This document shows positions 40,266 to 49,655 of a stretch of DNA of 64,000 nucleotides, piece by piece (positions within the stretch are counted from its first letter, which is position 1; the number at the start of each line of letters is the position of its first letter). The notes under the pieces were generated by a model. The model had not been told where the DNA came from, made no database searches, and was given only the letters and a program-made list of their open reading frames with translations. The position numbers and the translations under genes were made by a program. The stretch is from a virus. The DNA lies in the IMG/VR virus record IMGVR_UViG_3300018080_000107, one strand, 5' to 3'.

Positions 40266-41879
40266 CTATCCTCTGATAATTACGCCAACATTGTCATTGG
40301 TTGAAGACCATACCTTAATCGTATTTGTATCTGTCAATACGTGATGATCAACTTCCACACTATCAAACGTACTTGGATTATAATATTGAACAATGACCAG
40401 ACGATTGCCAAGATTGTGAGATACGTTGGCCCAATAAAGACCTTCGCCAGCATCCCATGTCCAAGATGAAATCGTCGCAGTTACATTTCCACCAACTGGT
40501 TTTCCGCCAATGGTCAGATTGTCAAATGCGCCAGATGCGAAAACTGCATTTCCAAGTGAATCAACAGACCAATTATCGCTATTCCCAGTTATATCATTTC
40601 CATCCCCAGCATTTGTTATGCCAATTACAGGGAAAGATTCGCCAGAAGCAGCAGACAATGCCAATGTATTTAAATTACCAGAAGTAGCATGCAAATTGCT
40701 TGCATATGCGTCTGAAAATCCCTTCGATGCTGTTCCAAGTGTATATATGTCATCTGTATCAGGCTCTACGTTAGCATTCTTCTTGTAGAAATCTCCAGAC
40801 ACGCCTATTACATTAGCCATCTCTTCAACAGTAACAGAATATGTTTCATCTGACAAAGAACCATCTGGTCGCAAATGAAGTGTACTTCCACCTATTTGAA
40901 GGCCGTTTGTAAACCTACCCGACTGTGCAAAAATAGTGCCCTCTGGATTAATCCACCAAAGATCACTTGTGCCTTCAATATCATAACCAGTTCCACTATT
41001 TGCAATCCTAATTACTGGAGATGCGCCGGTTGCCAATTTCTCAAGGTCAAGAGCAATAGCTTCACCACTGTTGCTAATGTCAAAAATTGCCACGTTAGAG
41101 TATGAATCAATTTCAAGTGCTGGTTGTGTGCCATTCTCAGCATTAATATAAACACCCTTAAAATGCCCAGAAACAGTGTGCAGGTCATTAAACTTGGTAG
41201 CTTCCTCGCCAATGTCATAAGTAGAATCAGCAGATGGAATCAAATCCTCGTCTTTTCTGTAGAATATACCAGACTGAGTTGTGAGTATAGAGTGTTGCGC
41301 GTCAGTCAAATGGTAATATTCACTTGTTGCCCCGCCTTGCAATCCCTGCAAATTATTATGCGTGATTACAGAACCAAAAGGCATCCATGAGGTATTAAAA
41401 ACATATGCCGTATCTTCATCTTCTACCCAAGCTGCCATTCCCTCATTGGCAGTTGTGAAATCCCATGCTGCGCCATCCCATTCGGCAATATTATCACCTT
41501 GACCAGCCCAAGCTCCTGTGCCAGAACCATTTACGATATATCTATCGCCTGTAGTTGGACTTGGTGGTGGAGAACCTGAAGTTTGCGTAATCACACTTTC
41601 TTGCCAATCAAGGCTATTGAGAGCATCTATTTGATCCTGGAGGTGTCCAGATGTTTCAATCAAATCTGCTTGTGTTACATCCCCAGTTCCGCCGCCACTA
41701 ATACCAGAGACATTAACAAGTAGTGCTCCAGAGGCATCTACCATTAATGGGCGGCCCTTTGGACCATATCCATAAATATAACCACTTGCTGAAGGATCAG
41801 CATTCATGATAAGTCTATTATTTTCGTCCACATAGATACTTCTACCTTGTGGCCCAAATTCAAACATTCTCCACTCCAT
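40266..41879 (-). CDS. Fibre/decoration protein with DUF2793-like domain
   Basis: WQESV...PPPSPTTGDRYIV...GAWAGQ..NIAEWDG..W.F....EG..AWV.DED is characteristic of DUF2793. Confidence 0.7.
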   Translation of the reverse strand: MEWRMFEFGPQGRSIYVDENNRLIMNADPSASGYIYGYGPKGRPLMVDASGALLVNVSGISGGGTGDVTQADLIETSGHLQDQIDALNSLDWQESVITQTSGSPPPSPTTGDRYIVNGSGTGAWAGQGDNIAEWDGAAWDFTTANEGMAAWVEDEDTAYVFNTSWMPFGSVITHNNLQGLQGGATSEYYHLTDAQHSILTTQSGIFYRKDEDLIPSADSTYDIGEEATKFNDLHTVSGHFKGVYINAENGTQPALEIDSYSNVAIFDISNSGEAIALDLEKLATGASPVIRIANSGTGYDIEGTSDLWWINPEGTIFAQSGRFTNGLQIGGSTLHLRPDGSLSDETYSVTVEEMANVIGVSGDFYKKNANVEPDTDDIYTLGTASKGFSDAYASNLHATSGNLNTLALSAASGESFPVIGITNAGDGNDITGNSDNWSVDSLGNAVFASGAFDNLTIGGKPVGGNVTATISSWTWDAGEGLYWANVSHNLGNRLVIVQYYNPSTFDSVEVDHHVLTDTNTIKVWSSTNDNVGVIIRG

Positions 41880-41924
41880 TTTAGTTCTCCTGCATTATTA
41901 ATGACTAGAAGTTTACACACTCTA

Positions 41925-41940
41925 TACACTATTAAATACG
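41925..41940 (-). promoter_or_regulatory. Putative late promoter CGTATTTAATAGTGTA
   Basis: 16 bp identical to 47840..47855; sits just after the terminators and upstream of 41879. Confidence 0.75.
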
Positions 41941-41945
41941 TCTTC

Positions 41946-41986
41946 AAAAAAACCCCGGCAAGCCATTAGATTATAGCCAACCGGGG
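41946..41986 (-). terminator. Second terminator-like hairpin after the MCP
   Basis: CCCCGG...CCGGGG stem followed by T7. Confidence 0.6.
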
Positions 41987-41995
41987 AATTTTATT

Positions 41996-42029
41996 AAAAA
42001 AAAAGAAGCCGGGCGATTAACCCGGCTTC
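41996..42029 (-). terminator. Rho-independent terminator after the MCP
   Basis: GAAGCCGGG-TTAATCG-CCCGGCTTC followed by a T run. Confidence 0.88.
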
Positions 42030-42061
42030 CGGCCAACAGAGCGTTAGGAAGGACGTTTATT

Positions 42062-43081
42062 TTATAGTGTCCCGATGAGCGCATAACGCGCATCAAGGCA
42101 CACGAATCCAACTTCAGCCCAGCCATAGACACCAGCGCGAGCACTGCGATGCAGTGTAGGATCATCAAAGACCCGAACATCCTCGCGGATAGGCATCTTG
42201 AATGGGTAGTTAGCCCGACGTTGCAGATCAAGAGCTATACAGAACTCAACATCTGTTCCGCCACCACCTGTGAACCAGCTTGCCCGATTACCACCATCGG
42301 TAGCTTCGATATAAGTCTGGTATGACTGGCCTTCACCAAGTTCCTGAAGCTCATGAAGCTTAACGCCATAAATCTCAGGAATGCCAGCAGGCCCCTTACC
42401 AACCTGAACCTCACGACGAGAAGTCTGATCAAGCTCAGTATCCACCCAATGGCGAATATCAGCAAGTGCTTCTGGTGAAAGATAAAGGTCTGTGACCTTA
42501 CTTGCGCGACCACCTGTTAGACGCTTAATTCCAACCATTAGATTGGTGATTAGGCGCTTTGTTAGGACACCAGCAGTAGCTGCGGTATCAACAACACGAC
42601 CGTTTGTGACAGCGGCCTGAATTACAGTGTGCCAACCGTCATCATTAAACCTACGGACGAATCCATAGCGGAATACATCCAGTGCATCCTGCACAACATC
42701 CCACCGAGCGTCACGTGCATAGCGCAGTGGCCAATCAATGGAGTTAGCAACCACGTAGGTTGGTACATAAATCTCATCGCCTTCGATGAACCGCTGTGGG
42801 ATTGCTCCCTCTTTAGGCATCACGAATGCAATGCGGTCCTCTTCCTCTCCTGGAGCCAGGAAGTGAAGGGGGAACCGTGTATCAGCACCAGCAGGCACAA
42901 CAATCTTCTCGAAAATGCCGTCGAGTGTATCGTCGGCAAGAACAGCAGCCCTGAAAGCACCCTCAAGTGCCTTCGCCAATGCTCGACGTGCCTCTGTCAT
43001 GTCACCTTCGTTTTCACTAGCTGTCATGCGAAGGAGGCCCTTTTGCTTGTCAGTAGGCTCAAAAATTCTTTTCTTACCCAT
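42062..43081 (-). CDS. Major capsid protein (HK97 fold)
   Basis: 339 aa after protease/scaffold and decoration genes; GIPEIYGV...GVYGWAEVGF C-terminal pattern; strong RBS and terminator. Confidence 0.85.
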   Translation of the reverse strand: MGKKRIFEPTDKQKGLLRMTASENEGDMTEARRALAKALEGAFRAAVLADDTLDGIFEKIVVPAGADTRFPLHFLAPGEEEDRIAFVMPKEGAIPQRFIEGDEIYVPTYVVANSIDWPLRYARDARWDVVQDALDVFRYGFVRRFNDDGWHTVIQAAVTNGRVVDTAATAGVLTKRLITNLMVGIKRLTGGRASKVTDLYLSPEALADIRHWVDTELDQTSRREVQVGKGPAGIPEIYGVKLHELQELGEGQSYQTYIEATDGGNRASWFTGGGGTDVEFCIALDLQRRANYPFKMPIREDVRVFDDPTLHRSARAGVYGWAEVGFVCLDARYALIGTL

Positions 43082-43097
43082 CTTTTTCCTCCTTTAA

Positions 43098-43556
43098 TTA
43101 TCGCAGACAGTTGAAGCGAACTTCAACATAGCCGTCTGTATCGACATCACTCTCAAACACACCTACCTTCTTATAGGTGTAACCATCGGCAGAAGCATTA
43201 TTTGTGAGAATACCACTTTGGTTCACATATGCCAATGCCCCAGCGACTAATGCAGCATCATGATTATGAATAACATTAGTCCGAATACGACCAGCCTCAA
43301 GTACGGGAACCATCCCGCCTTGCCAGACTTCAAAAGCCTTCTGGAAATTGACTGGACGTGAATCGCTGTTGTCAGCGATCATGTCATTTAGGAGACAACC
43401 AATAACCTCTGTCTTGTCACCATCCATGTCATCCACGACCTTGACATAACCGGCAGTACCGGATGACAACATCACGAAATAACCACGAGTAGCGACTTCG
43501 TTAAGACGGAACTTTGCTGTCTCGAAAAGAATCTGGCGATCACCTTTTAGAGCCAT
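43098..43556 (-). CDS. Capsid decoration/cement protein
   Basis: 152 aa directly before the MCP; MALKGDR...VGVFESDVDTDGYVEV. Confidence 0.65.
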   Translation of the reverse strand: MALKGDRQILFETAKFRLNEVATRGYFVMLSSGTAGYVKVVDDMDGDKTEVIGCLLNDMIADNSDSRPVNFQKAFEVWQGGMVPVLEAGRIRTNVIHNHDAALVAGALAYVNQSGILTNNASADGYTYKKVGVFESDVDTDGYVEVRFNCLR

Positions 43557-43558
43557 TC

Positions 43559-45199
43559 TTATTCCTCCTTAGTTTCTTCTTTACGAATACCAATATCTAA
43601 ATTATCAATAACTTCACGAAAATCATCAAACAGGCTACTTTCGCCATCGTCGTCAGCAGTGAAGTCTACCACTTCTTCTTCCTTGTCCGCTTTTTCCAAT
43701 GCATCCTCTACAGCATCCTCGATAGCCTCTTCCTCACTGACGGGTTCCTCTTTGGGTTCCTCAGCTTTATCCTCAGCAGGCTTCTGCTCTGCAGGAGGCT
43801 CCTCAACAGGTTTAGGCTCTTCCTTTGGTTCCTCTTTGGGCTCCTCTGGAGTTTCCTCTTCCTGTACTGGCTCCTCCGCAGGCTCTTCGACTGGTTCCTC
43901 CGCTGGAGATTCTTCTACAGGAGGCTCCTCTTCTGCTGGTACTTCCTCTGCAGCAGGCTCCTCTACGGGTGCCTCCTCAGTGGGTTCCTCTACAGGTGGT
44001 TCCTCTTTTGTAGGTTCCTCTACGGGTTCCTCAGTCTCCTCTGCTTCGGGCGTAGCCTCTTCTGCTGAAGTTTTGCCCATTTGCTCAGTAAGTTCCGAAA
44101 TCCTAGCCTCGGCTTCCTCAAACTGCTTCTTATAGGCAGCAATTCTCTCGTCTCGCTTGACTAGCTCTTCCTTCAACTCGGCTATTTGTGCCTCAAGCTC
44201 AGCTAAACGATTATCCACCTCAGACTCAGATGCCTCTACCTCTACGTCAGTGCTGTCAGACTCTAAAGATTCTTCAACTTTCGGTGTTTCCTCTTCGGAC
44301 TCATTCAATGTGGGAGTTTCCTCCTCAGTCCCTTCTGGAGTCGCCTCAAGCTGCTCATCCTTAAGCTGCTCTTCCTGAGATGCATTCGCCTGCGTCTTAT
44401 CAAGTTTTTCCCCAGCCATCAATACCTCCTCTGGGTCTGCGGAGAACAAAAATCCCTTAGTGTTCTCCTCAAGTAAACGTTGAAGCTCATCCGATACTAC
44501 AGTAGTACCAACATGCTCATCGCAAACAGAACGTATCACACTGTCCTTATTGGCAGGTTTTTCGACCAGGCCGATTCCGGCAATAGTCAAATTCCTTAAC
44601 ACTCTGCCAACTTTTTGGCCTTCAATAAGACCATCCCCTCCGTTCATCCTCAACTTCGGCTCAATGTAAGCAGACGTAATGGCATTTCTTTCTACGATTC
44701 TACTACCTACAGCATAATCATAGTCCGAATACCAAGCTTCAACACTAACAAAAAGCTCGCCAGTTTGCGCATACTCCCTAATTGTGCGTGCCTCTCCTGG
44801 AAAAACATGCGCGTACATAACGGACTCACTGATAATATCAAAGAACGTCGGAACACTGTCCGGGTCGCTAAGAATTTGTTCCTCTTCTATCCTCTTGCCA
44901 TCTTTTTTAGCAGGATATGTTGCAGTAATATGCCCCACGATCCTGTCATCATCATGTTCAATATTCATTGGTTTGTGACGACCAGTATCCCTGGCTTCCA
45001 ATAACTCAGAACCAAGAAAAACATCGTCGTTACGATTCATACCAACTGAAACCAAAACTGCGTCAATGCGCATAAGGTCTATTTGAGCATCAATATACTC
45101 TCCGTCGCAAGCCTCTTCTTTTTCTTCATGATGCGTCTCTAATGCAGTAGGCATCACGCTGGCTTTGGCAATAAATCGTGTCTTATGCAACTTGCTCAT
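43559..45199 (-). CDS. Prohead protease/scaffold fusion
   Basis: N-terminal NRNDDVF..KPMNIEH..IVGHI..VSVE..GIGLVEKPAN; then a coiled coil and a Glu/Pro-rich tail. Confidence 0.8.
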   Translation of the reverse strand: MSKLHKTRFIAKASVMPTALETHHEEKEEACDGEYIDAQIDLMRIDAVLVSVGMNRNDDVFLGSELLEARDTGRHKPMNIEHDDDRIVGHITATYPAKKDGKRIEEEQILSDPDSVPTFFDIISESVMYAHVFPGEARTIREYAQTGELFVSVEAWYSDYDYAVGSRIVERNAITSAYIEPKLRMNGGDGLIEGQKVGRVLRNLTIAGIGLVEKPANKDSVIRSVCDEHVGTTVVSDELQRLLEENTKGFLFSADPEEVLMAGEKLDKTQANASQEEQLKDEQLEATPEGTEEETPTLNESEEETPKVEESLESDSTDVEVEASESEVDNRLAELEAQIAELKEELVKRDERIAAYKKQFEEAEARISELTEQMGKTSAEEATPEAEETEEPVEEPTKEEPPVEEPTEEAPVEEPAAEEVPAEEEPPVEESPAEEPVEEPAEEPVQEEETPEEPKEEPKEEPKPVEEPPAEQKPAEDKAEEPKEEPVSEEEAIEDAVEDALEKADKEEEVVDFTADDDGESSLFDDFREVIDNLDIGIRKEETKEE

Positions 45200-45477
45200 T
45201 ACTTCAAACCCTTAACATACTTCATTATATCGTCCCAGGCTTCCAAACTATGGGCACCCTCAACAATAACACTCGTAACCTCATTTTTGGAGTCACGGTG
45301 AATAATAATATATACTCCGTCCATATAAATAGGACCGTCACTATCAGACTTATTCTCAAGCTCCAGCCAAATCTCCTGCATAGTATGCATTGTTTCCTCG
45401 TTTACGATTTTAGCTGTTGCTTTACCTTCACTCATGACTTTCTCTACTTCGCTCAAAATATCAAGATTCTTTTTCAT
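45199..45477 (-). CDS. Hypothetical protein
   Basis: 92-aa ORF, tightly coupled to its neighbours. Confidence 0.6.
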   Translation of the reverse strand: MKKNLDILSEVEKVMSEGKATAKIVNEETMHTMQEIWLELENKSDSDGPIYMDGVYIIIHRDSKNEVTSVIVEGAHSLEAWDDIMKYVKGLK

Positions 45478-45480
45478 TTC

Positions 45481-45771
45481 CTAACCCTCTCTATTTATAC
45501 GGTTTAATGCATCAACGATCCTCTGGTGTTGATTACTATTATTAGAATCATGGGTATTGATGCAAGAGGTAAGTCCTTGGACTGCTTCTGTAAGCTTTAG
45601 GATGTTGGCTTGATTAACTCCGCTTTGCTTATCAATCACTTCTTTCCACACAGTCCTATCTTTTTCGTGGTCTGACAATATTCGCTTCAACAAAAACCAA
45701 CATGCAAAGCCTAGTGCGAAGACGCATACAACGGCTAAGCCATTTTCTTGAAGTAGCGAAACCCAGTCCAT
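45481..45771 (-). CDS. Holin-like membrane protein (BhlA/UviB-like)
   Basis: Single N-terminal TM segment (GLAVVCVFALGFACWFLL) followed by a charged coiled coil. Confidence 0.55.
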   Translation of the reverse strand: MDWVSLLQENGLAVVCVFALGFACWFLLKRILSDHEKDRTVWKEVIDKQSGVNQANILKLTEAVQGLTSCINTHDSNNSNQHQRIVDALNRINREG

Positions 45772-47796
45772 TTATTCTCCTAACTGCTTCCGGCAAATTG
45801 CCCAAGCAGAACTTCTTAGTTTATCCTTCGCCTTTTCAGACGGAGCCTTGCCATTCTTCTCTTTATACTTCTTAACAAGTTTCTTATAAACTTGCTTGAC
45901 GCACCTGTCTAACTTAGCAGGCGCTTCCACTTTATAGAATACGGCATTAATAATATTTTCGCTATTAATACTTTCTATATTACTAAACCGCGACATTACA
46001 TCCATAGCAATTTCGCCTATTTCTGCCAAATCGGCAGCATTTAACGCACTTGCCTTAACATTACGCGATTCAGCAACTTGTTCTGCTACAACCTGCTTAA
46101 TATTTTTGAAAGCCTGATAAGCAGCAACTTTATATTTTTTATCTACAGCCATGCCCTTTGGTTTGGTGTCACGTTGAACTTCCTGCTTTTGTTCTGGTGC
46201 AGGATTTTCTCCCTTTTCAGGTCTACCGCCTGCCTCACCTGCTGGACCCTGTGCTGATGGAGCACTACTTGCTTCATTATCATTATCCTGTTGACCTTGA
46301 TCGTGAGGACCAAATTTACCCAATTTCTTAAGTGTGTTAGGTGACTTTTCCTCAAGAGATTTGCGCAACTTATCTTCTCTGCGCATTCTATTAACTTCAA
46401 TATCAAGGTCTTCGCCAAATCGCTCCAGTAAAGTCTTATAAGATATAATGTTACGATCAACAAGCTCAAGAAGCATTTTCTTTTCTGCATTCTCGTCACG
46501 CAATGACATATGTGCAAATTTGACAACGGGTGGCTTTCTAAGCCCCAAAGCCTTGCTAATATTCATCAAATGACAAGACAGCCACTCAAGAACCTGATAG
46601 CGGCCCGTCTCAAGCCTCTCTAATAGCGTCCTACAGCTTAGGAATGAATTTGAATACTTGCCCCCAGGTCCACCAATCAAGACCTCAGAAATGCCCAGAC
46701 CGGCCAATATATCAGCATTAACCTGGGTATACTTATCCGCACCAAGGATCTTCCCGGTATCAGGATAATCACTTTCAATAGAAACAAGGTCATCCCACAC
46801 AATTTGTTTTGATTTTGAGGGATTTCTAAGCATATCAGCAAATTTTTGGAACATCGCTGGCGAAGGTGGATAACCACTCTTAATATCGCCAAGCTTAAAA
46901 ATCTGAACCGCATTCTGAATACTCTCAGCAATAGAAATATCCATACTTCGCAGTGTATGCTTGAATTTTAGATCATCTACGACTCTCCACAGCATAGGAA
47001 TGGCCCAATCAGTATATGAATCCTTTTTGTAATAGATCATATATAGATCAGTAAGTGGAAATTCTCCAGTCGTAATAAATCTTTCCCACTGCTTTGGAGT
47101 CATGCCCTTCTTCATTTGGGCAACGAGTTCTTTTGTTTCTTGATCTGTGCGCCTAAGAGTTGCCTTGACCTCATCAAGATTGAACTCATAATAATAAGAT
47201 GGTCTTCCAAATAGATCCTTGCCCCTGCTCTTGACATGTAAAACATCTAAAACCCTAAACTTATAGGGAATTACCATTGGCTCTACATCATCTTTACAAA
47301 ATAGGTCTGATCCACCAACTGCAGCCACAGCACGCTTCATACGTCGTACAGAGTCCTCAGAAATTTTAGCATCATAATGTACTATGGGCACATTACCATC
47401 TCTATAGATGTCTTTTAATATTTCTTCTGCAACCCTATGAACCTGAACCTTTTTCGCCCATTTATTAAAAAATCTTTCTGCGGCTAATGATTCATGAACA
47501 ATAGTTAGTCCTTCAAGGGCAAAGTCAGTCATAATATCTACAACATTGCCAATTAGACCAATATTAAAATATGCACTTCTACAAGTTTTTATTTTTTCTG
47601 TTATGGGCTTAGACTTTGAGCGAGAAAATAAATCATAATTGGTTCCATTGGTAGTGGAAGACAACCGACGACTAATAACACGCTCTGACATCGGGGCATT
47701 CTCTTCACTATGACTTTCATGCCAAGCAGCAATTGCCTTGTCTCTGTTGGTATTATTCAAGCCCTCAAGTCCATTCTGCTTATTATCTGTACTCAT
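45772..47796 (-). CDS. Portal protein
   Basis: 674 aa directly after TerL; IGNVVDIMTDFA, DIYRDGNV, DILAGLGISEVLIGG. Confidence 0.85.
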   Translation of the reverse strand: MSTDNKQNGLEGLNNTNRDKAIAAWHESHSEENAPMSERVISRRLSSTTNGTNYDLFSRSKSKPITEKIKTCRSAYFNIGLIGNVVDIMTDFALEGLTIVHESLAAERFFNKWAKKVQVHRVAEEILKDIYRDGNVPIVHYDAKISEDSVRRMKRAVAAVGGSDLFCKDDVEPMVIPYKFRVLDVLHVKSRGKDLFGRPSYYYEFNLDEVKATLRRTDQETKELVAQMKKGMTPKQWERFITTGEFPLTDLYMIYYKKDSYTDWAIPMLWRVVDDLKFKHTLRSMDISIAESIQNAVQIFKLGDIKSGYPPSPAMFQKFADMLRNPSKSKQIVWDDLVSIESDYPDTGKILGADKYTQVNADILAGLGISEVLIGGPGGKYSNSFLSCRTLLERLETGRYQVLEWLSCHLMNISKALGLRKPPVVKFAHMSLRDENAEKKMLLELVDRNIISYKTLLERFGEDLDIEVNRMRREDKLRKSLEEKSPNTLKKLGKFGPHDQGQQDNDNEASSAPSAQGPAGEAGGRPEKGENPAPEQKQEVQRDTKPKGMAVDKKYKVAAYQAFKNIKQVVAEQVAESRNVKASALNAADLAEIGEIAMDVMSRFSNIESINSENIINAVFYKVEAPAKLDRCVKQVYKKLVKKYKEKNGKAPSEKAKDKLRSSAWAICRKQLGE

Positions 47797-47839
47797 ATTT
47801 GAATCCCTGTTCGATAAACTGCTAAAAAAATACAGTGTC

Positions 47840-47855
47840 TACACTATTAAATACG
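47840..47855 (-). promoter_or_regulatory. Putative late promoter CGTATTTAATAGTGTA
   Basis: Identical to 41925..41940; overlaps the TerL stop codon, upstream of the portal gene. Confidence 0.75.
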
Positions 47856-49655
47856 ACTGAAATCTTCTGACCATCCACCATACGCACCTGGGTCAGCCCA
47901 ATTCCGATATGAATCCTTCTGTGGGTTCTTATAATCAGCCATTTCATGCGCAATAAAATTTGCTATTAAAAGCGCACTATATCTATCTTTACGTGGTTTT
48001 ATCTTACGTTTTTTATCCTCCAAAGAAGGCTGAATATCGAAATGCCTCTTGCCAGTAATAGTTTGAGTTACTGAGATTTGAGCCAACTCTTTTTTGCACG
48101 CCTCGATCTCATTATGGATCTCCTCCATAACATCAATATTCTCCCCTTTGTATTTCTTGCCGGATAAAGTCTGACTTGGAAATAAAATTTCACGATCTTC
48201 AATATTTTTCTGAAGTTGGAAATTAGCATCCTCAATCCACCGTGTTTCAAAATTAATCATATTAAGGATATATTTTCCAGGTCGTGACTTATTATCTTCA
48301 TCAAAACGATAAATGGGTGAGCGTCCGTCCAGCATTTGTGGATCTTGTAAAAAGTCTTCTACCGCCAATCCACCACCACCAAGGTCCATGCCGACCCGAA
48401 CAATATTAAACTTTTCCATCAACTCAAGCATATGGCGAGCATTTTTAGTAAACGGCTCATTAATAGATGTATAACAATAAACCACCTTTCGAGGATTGCC
48501 AAGCTCAACTATTACTATTCCAAATGCGTCACTTGTACGCGCAGGGTCAACCCCCATCACATATTCACGACCAAGAGTGCCATTAGGCTTAACAACAAAT
48601 CCATTCTGACCACTCGATGTTGCACGCATAATATCTTGGTGTTTAAAGAATCCATGAGATGTGTCAGCAAAGATACAATTATATTCCATATTGAACAACA
48701 TTGTACTCATGGTCATCTTGGCATTGGAAATCATATCTCTATCCAACATACCCTCTGGAACAAAGAACCAAGGCAGTGCTATCATCCCATAATCACGATA
48801 ATCAACCCACATATCTCCAAGGTCTTGGCCAAGTTTGTCCGCGACTTCATAGCCATAACCGATAGCTTCGCTCGCAACAATGGTTTCATACTGCTGATAT
48901 AACTTGTGGAAATTGCCACCAGTAAACCCAGCCGTACCGGCGATAACAATCTGGTTGCCCTCTCCAACTTTTCTAACCTTCTTCAGCCCCTCACGCTTTC
49001 TACGTGCAGCCTCTTTAATCTTCGCCATAGGATTAAGCTGTGTGGCTGCGAAACCACGTACAACAACATGCATTGTTTCTGGATCTACCGAATCCACTTC
49101 GTCCACAATAATGTGTGATGCACGTTGACCACGAATACCATCTCCATTACCCATAGGTAGCGCAGTGATTGTACTATCGCCTACCTTGAATATACAATGA
49201 TCAACACTTTTTCTTGGTTTCTCTCTAACACATGCCCTAAGCAAAGGGGCTCGCTTATATATGTTTTCTATTTCAGTGAAAATGTGTTTAGCTTGACGGA
49301 AGGTGGCTGATACGATAACAACCTTACTACCTTGATCAAACAAAGCACGTAAGGTTGCATAAACTGCCAGCGTGAATGTTTTAGAAGCACCACGAGATGC
49401 AAGCAGCAGTGGATATTTTTTAGTCCACAACATATATAGGAATGCTGTCTGATATGCCGCAAGTTCTGTATTGAGAATATATTTACACGCCCAACCTAAA
49501 CTATAATATGACAACCCGGCAATTTCAAAAAATGGTTCTTCAATTTTTGTAGTCCACTCACCTTGCGTAAGCGGATTAATAAGAAGTTCTGGATCAACCT
49601 CATTTTCCCAGTAATAATCTGGATTTATAATTGTACCTTCTGGCATTAGTCCCAA
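47847..49655 (-). CDS. terL: Terminase large subunit
   Basis: Walker A ASRGASKT, IRGQRA + Walker B IIVDE, nuclease GVDPA and KDRYSA. Confidence 0.95.
   Translation of the reverse strand: MGLMPEGTIINPDYYWENEVDPELLINPLTQGEWTTKIEEPFFEIAGLSYYSLGWACKYILNTELAAYQTAFLYMLWTKKYPLLLASRGASKTFTLAVYATLRALFDQGSKVVIVSATFRQAKHIFTEIENIYKRAPLLRACVREKPRKSVDHCIFKVGDSTITALPMGNGDGIRGQRASHIIVDEVDSVDPETMHVVVRGFAATQLNPMAKIKEAARRKREGLKKVRKVGEGNQIVIAGTAGFTGGNFHKLYQQYETIVASEAIGYGYEVADKLGQDLGDMWVDYRDYGMIALPWFFVPEGMLDRDMISNAKMTMSTMLFNMEYNCIFADTSHGFFKHQDIMRATSSGQNGFVVKPNGTLGREYVMGVDPARTSDAFGIVIVELGNPRKVVYCYTSINEPFTKNARHMLELMEKFNIVRVGMDLGGGGLAVEDFLQDPQMLDGRSPIYRFDEDNKSRPGKYILNMINFETRWIEDANFQLQKNIEDREILFPSQTLSGKKYKGENIDVMEEIHNEIEACKKELAQISVTQTITGKRHFDIQPSLEDKKRKIKPRKDRYSALLIANFIAHEMADYKNPQKDSYRNWADPGAYGGWSEDFSRI

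Noticed and set aside
43740-44040. DNA tandem repeat element
   Set aside because: Degenerate; explained by Glu/Pro low-complexity coding.
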